Shown: positions 56,436-58,068 of the stretch, one piece after another | Numbering within the stretch: the first letter of the stretch is position 1 | How the letters are laid out: each line of letters starts with the position of its first letter | IMG/VR virus record: IMGVR_UViG_3300033047_000037 | Strand: one strand, 5' to 3' | Origin: an uncultured virus (IMG/VR IMGVR_UViG_3300033047_000037) | Lineage: Duplodnaviria; Heunggongvirae; Uroviricota; Caudoviricetes | Length of the DNA stretch: 58,068 nt | The notes under the pieces: generated by a model | The model's database searches: none | Seen by the model: the letters and a program-made list of their open reading frames with translations, nothing else | Told to the model about the DNA's origin: nothing | Position numbers and translations under genes: made by a program

Positions 56436-58068
56436 ATGGCGAATAAGCCCAACAGACCCATCAAGATGACATTGCCAGATAAGAATACTAGACGATTAGT
56501 TTCTGTTGCTAAAAATGGCTCAAACCCGCAGAACCAACCGCTATCGGCTCCTCAAAAAAGAGCATATGCTTCTAGTTCTCTTGTAACTATGCCTATCTCT
56601 AGGACTGCTCAAGCTATGGGTGGCGGGAATACGCTGTTTACGCAGCCCATGTTCTTCTCCCCATTGCACACTCCTCAGAACTGGCAGATTGCTTCTAAGC
56701 GTCAAGAAGTTTATCAATGGGCTAGATTCTATTACGAGAACGAACCCAAGGTTGCTGCTGGCATCGATTTCTATGCGCAGTTTCCTATTAACGGATATAA
56801 GCTAGAGTGTAAAAGTAAAAAGATACAAAAGTTCTTTGAAAGACTTTGCGATGAACTCGAAATCCTTAGAATGCTTAGACTTATTTCGCACGAGAGATTC
56901 TTGCTCGGCGATGTCTTTGTGTTTTTAGATATTGACTCTCCTGATACTCGTGGAGAAACAGAACTTACCGAAGCTGATTGGACGCATGCAGATGGAACCA
57001 TCAGCCGTATCATAATCTTGAATCCCGATTGGATTGAAGTATATAACACACCTTTGGCAGATGAGCCAGAAATTGTATTGCTTCCAGATGATGAGTTGAA
57101 GAAGATTGTTCAGATGAAATCGCCTCGATCTATCTATGATCGACTTCCCGAAAACATCAAGTCGCAAGTTCTTTCTGCTCGTCCTATTAGACTTTCAAAC
57201 CGAGTTACAAGTCATATCAAGCACGGCGGCGCTCCTTACGGAACATATGGAGACTCGCTTTTGAGGCGTTTGTTTACCATGCTTGCTTATAAGACAAAGC
57301 TTATGACAGCAAACTGGATTGTTGCAGAACGTCTTGTTCTGCCAGTTCGTGTTGTAAAGATTGGCGACAAAGACCGTCCAGCTAGCGAAGATGACATTGC
57401 AGACGTACAGGCACAGCTTGGCGCTATCGCCAACGACCCTAACCTTACAATCGTTACCCACCATGCTTTTGATTATGAATGGTACGGTGCTTCTGGCAAG
57501 ATTCATAACATTACAAACGAACTTGAAGCTATCGGCAAGGAACTCCTTGATGGTATGATGATTAACCAGGCCTTGCTGAATGGTGAAATGGCTGCTTATT
57601 CTTCGGCTCAGGTTGGTGTTGAACTATTGATTCGTCGTCTTGAGTCATGGAGAAATGAACTTGCTGATTGGGTTGAGAAGAATATCTTCTTGATTGTCGC
57701 AAAGATGCAAGGCTTTGTTGACGAGGATGCTTCAAAAGAAGCAGGAGAGACCGTCTATATAACTCCTAGCATAAAGTGGGATGACCTAAGACTGAGAGAT
57801 CCTACTAACAAGATACAGCAAGCTATACAGTTGAATCAGAATGGTATTATATCGAACCAGACTCTTCTTGAGATGATGGACCTTGATTACGATCAAGAAA
57901 TACACAAGATACGAGAAGAGCAAGTTATGGTCGGTCCTCAGGGCGGAATGATGCCTGGCGGCGACCCAATGGGCGGCATGGGTGGCATCGGCGGCGGAAT
58001 GCCTGCAGGAGCTCCTGGAGGCGGAGCAAAACAAAACATAAAAAATAGAGGAAAGAAAGAAAAAAAAC
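56436..58068 (+). CDS. portal protein (3'-truncated; absent from the ORF track)
   Basis: AAGGAG RBS; frame open to the window end: MANKPNRP...QWARFYYENEPKVAAGIDFYAQFP...FLLGDVF...ILNPDWIEV...PYGTYGDSLLRRLF...LPVRVVKIG...IKWDDLRL...ISNQTLLEMMDLDYDQE, then a G/M/P-rich tail; downstream of terL. Confidence 0.8.
   Translation, partial: MANKPNRPIKMTLPDKNTRRLVSVAKNGSNPQNQPLSAPQKRAYASSSLVTMPISRTAQAMGGGNTLFTQPMFFSPLHTPQNWQIASKRQEVYQWARFYYENEPKVAAGIDFYAQFPINGYKLECKSKKIQKFFERLCDELEILRMLRLISHERFLLGDVFVFLDIDSPDTRGETELTEADWTHADGTISRIIILNPDWIEVYNTPLADEPEIVLLPDDELKKIVQMKSPRSIYDRLPENIKSQVLSARPIRLSNRVTSHIKHGGAPYGTYGDSLLRRLFTMLAYKTKLMTANWIVAERLVLPVRVVKIGDKDRPASEDDIADVQAQLGAIANDPNLTIVTHHAFDYEWYGASGKIHNITNELEAIGKELLDGMMINQALLNGEMAAYSSAQVGVELLIRRLESWRNELADWVEKNIFLIVAKMQGFVDEDASKEAGETVYITPSIKWDDLRLRDPTNKIQQAIQLNQNGIISNQTLLEMMDLDYDQEIHKIREEQVMVGPQGGMMPGGDPMGGMGGIGGGMPAGAPGGGAKQNIKNRGKKEKK

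Noticed and set aside
193..58034. Numerous 60-170 aa antisense or alternative-frame ORFs in the track
   Set aside because: They are nested within well-supported genes and show no RBS or recognisable motifs.
1..58068. CRISPR array or stop-codon reassignment
   Set aside because: No regularly spaced repeat-spacer units were seen. Conserved genes are full length in the standard code, and TAA, TGA and TAG all act as stops.
58027..58068. A-rich tail at the window end
   Set aside because: Abrupt composition change at the sequence end; probably low-quality terminal sequence.

Overview
A 58 kb segment of a large (probably jumbo) tailed-phage genome. It is densely coding, mostly on the + strand, in the standard code, and truncated at both ends. 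The right third is a head/packaging module: terminase large subunit (44573-46486), a run of acidic hypothetical proteins, and a portal gene missed by the ORF track (56436 to the end). The middle holds nucleotide-metabolism and host-takeover genes: NAD-dependent ligase, thyA, DHFR, dUTPase, class II RNR with a LAGLIDADG intein, a FliA/WhiG-type sigma factor, macrodomain, HNH, DHH, lysozyme and tail/depolymerase-like proteins. The left part is accessory: RNA-repair-like genes, tRNA-Thr(UGU) and glycan-modifying enzymes. Signals the gene list does not explain: (1) a recurring peptide tag, [WY/FN]-x3-5-K-x-A-[Q/S], on more than a dozen unrelated proteins, a candidate capsid-addressing or prohead-protease signal; (2) four unannotated structured RNAs (about 7774-7856, 10239-10330, 16862-17480, 20227-20530), several behind a sigma28-like CGATA box; (3) two orphan, synonymously diverged gene-end copies that each bracket one small gene; (4) an iteron-like AT-rich locus; (5) a candidate -1 frameshift on an A9 run in the head module; (6) a stand-alone Xre/MbcA-like antitoxin domain. 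All family calls come from motifs recognised by eye; no searches were run. A Planctomycetota-like host is only an inference.
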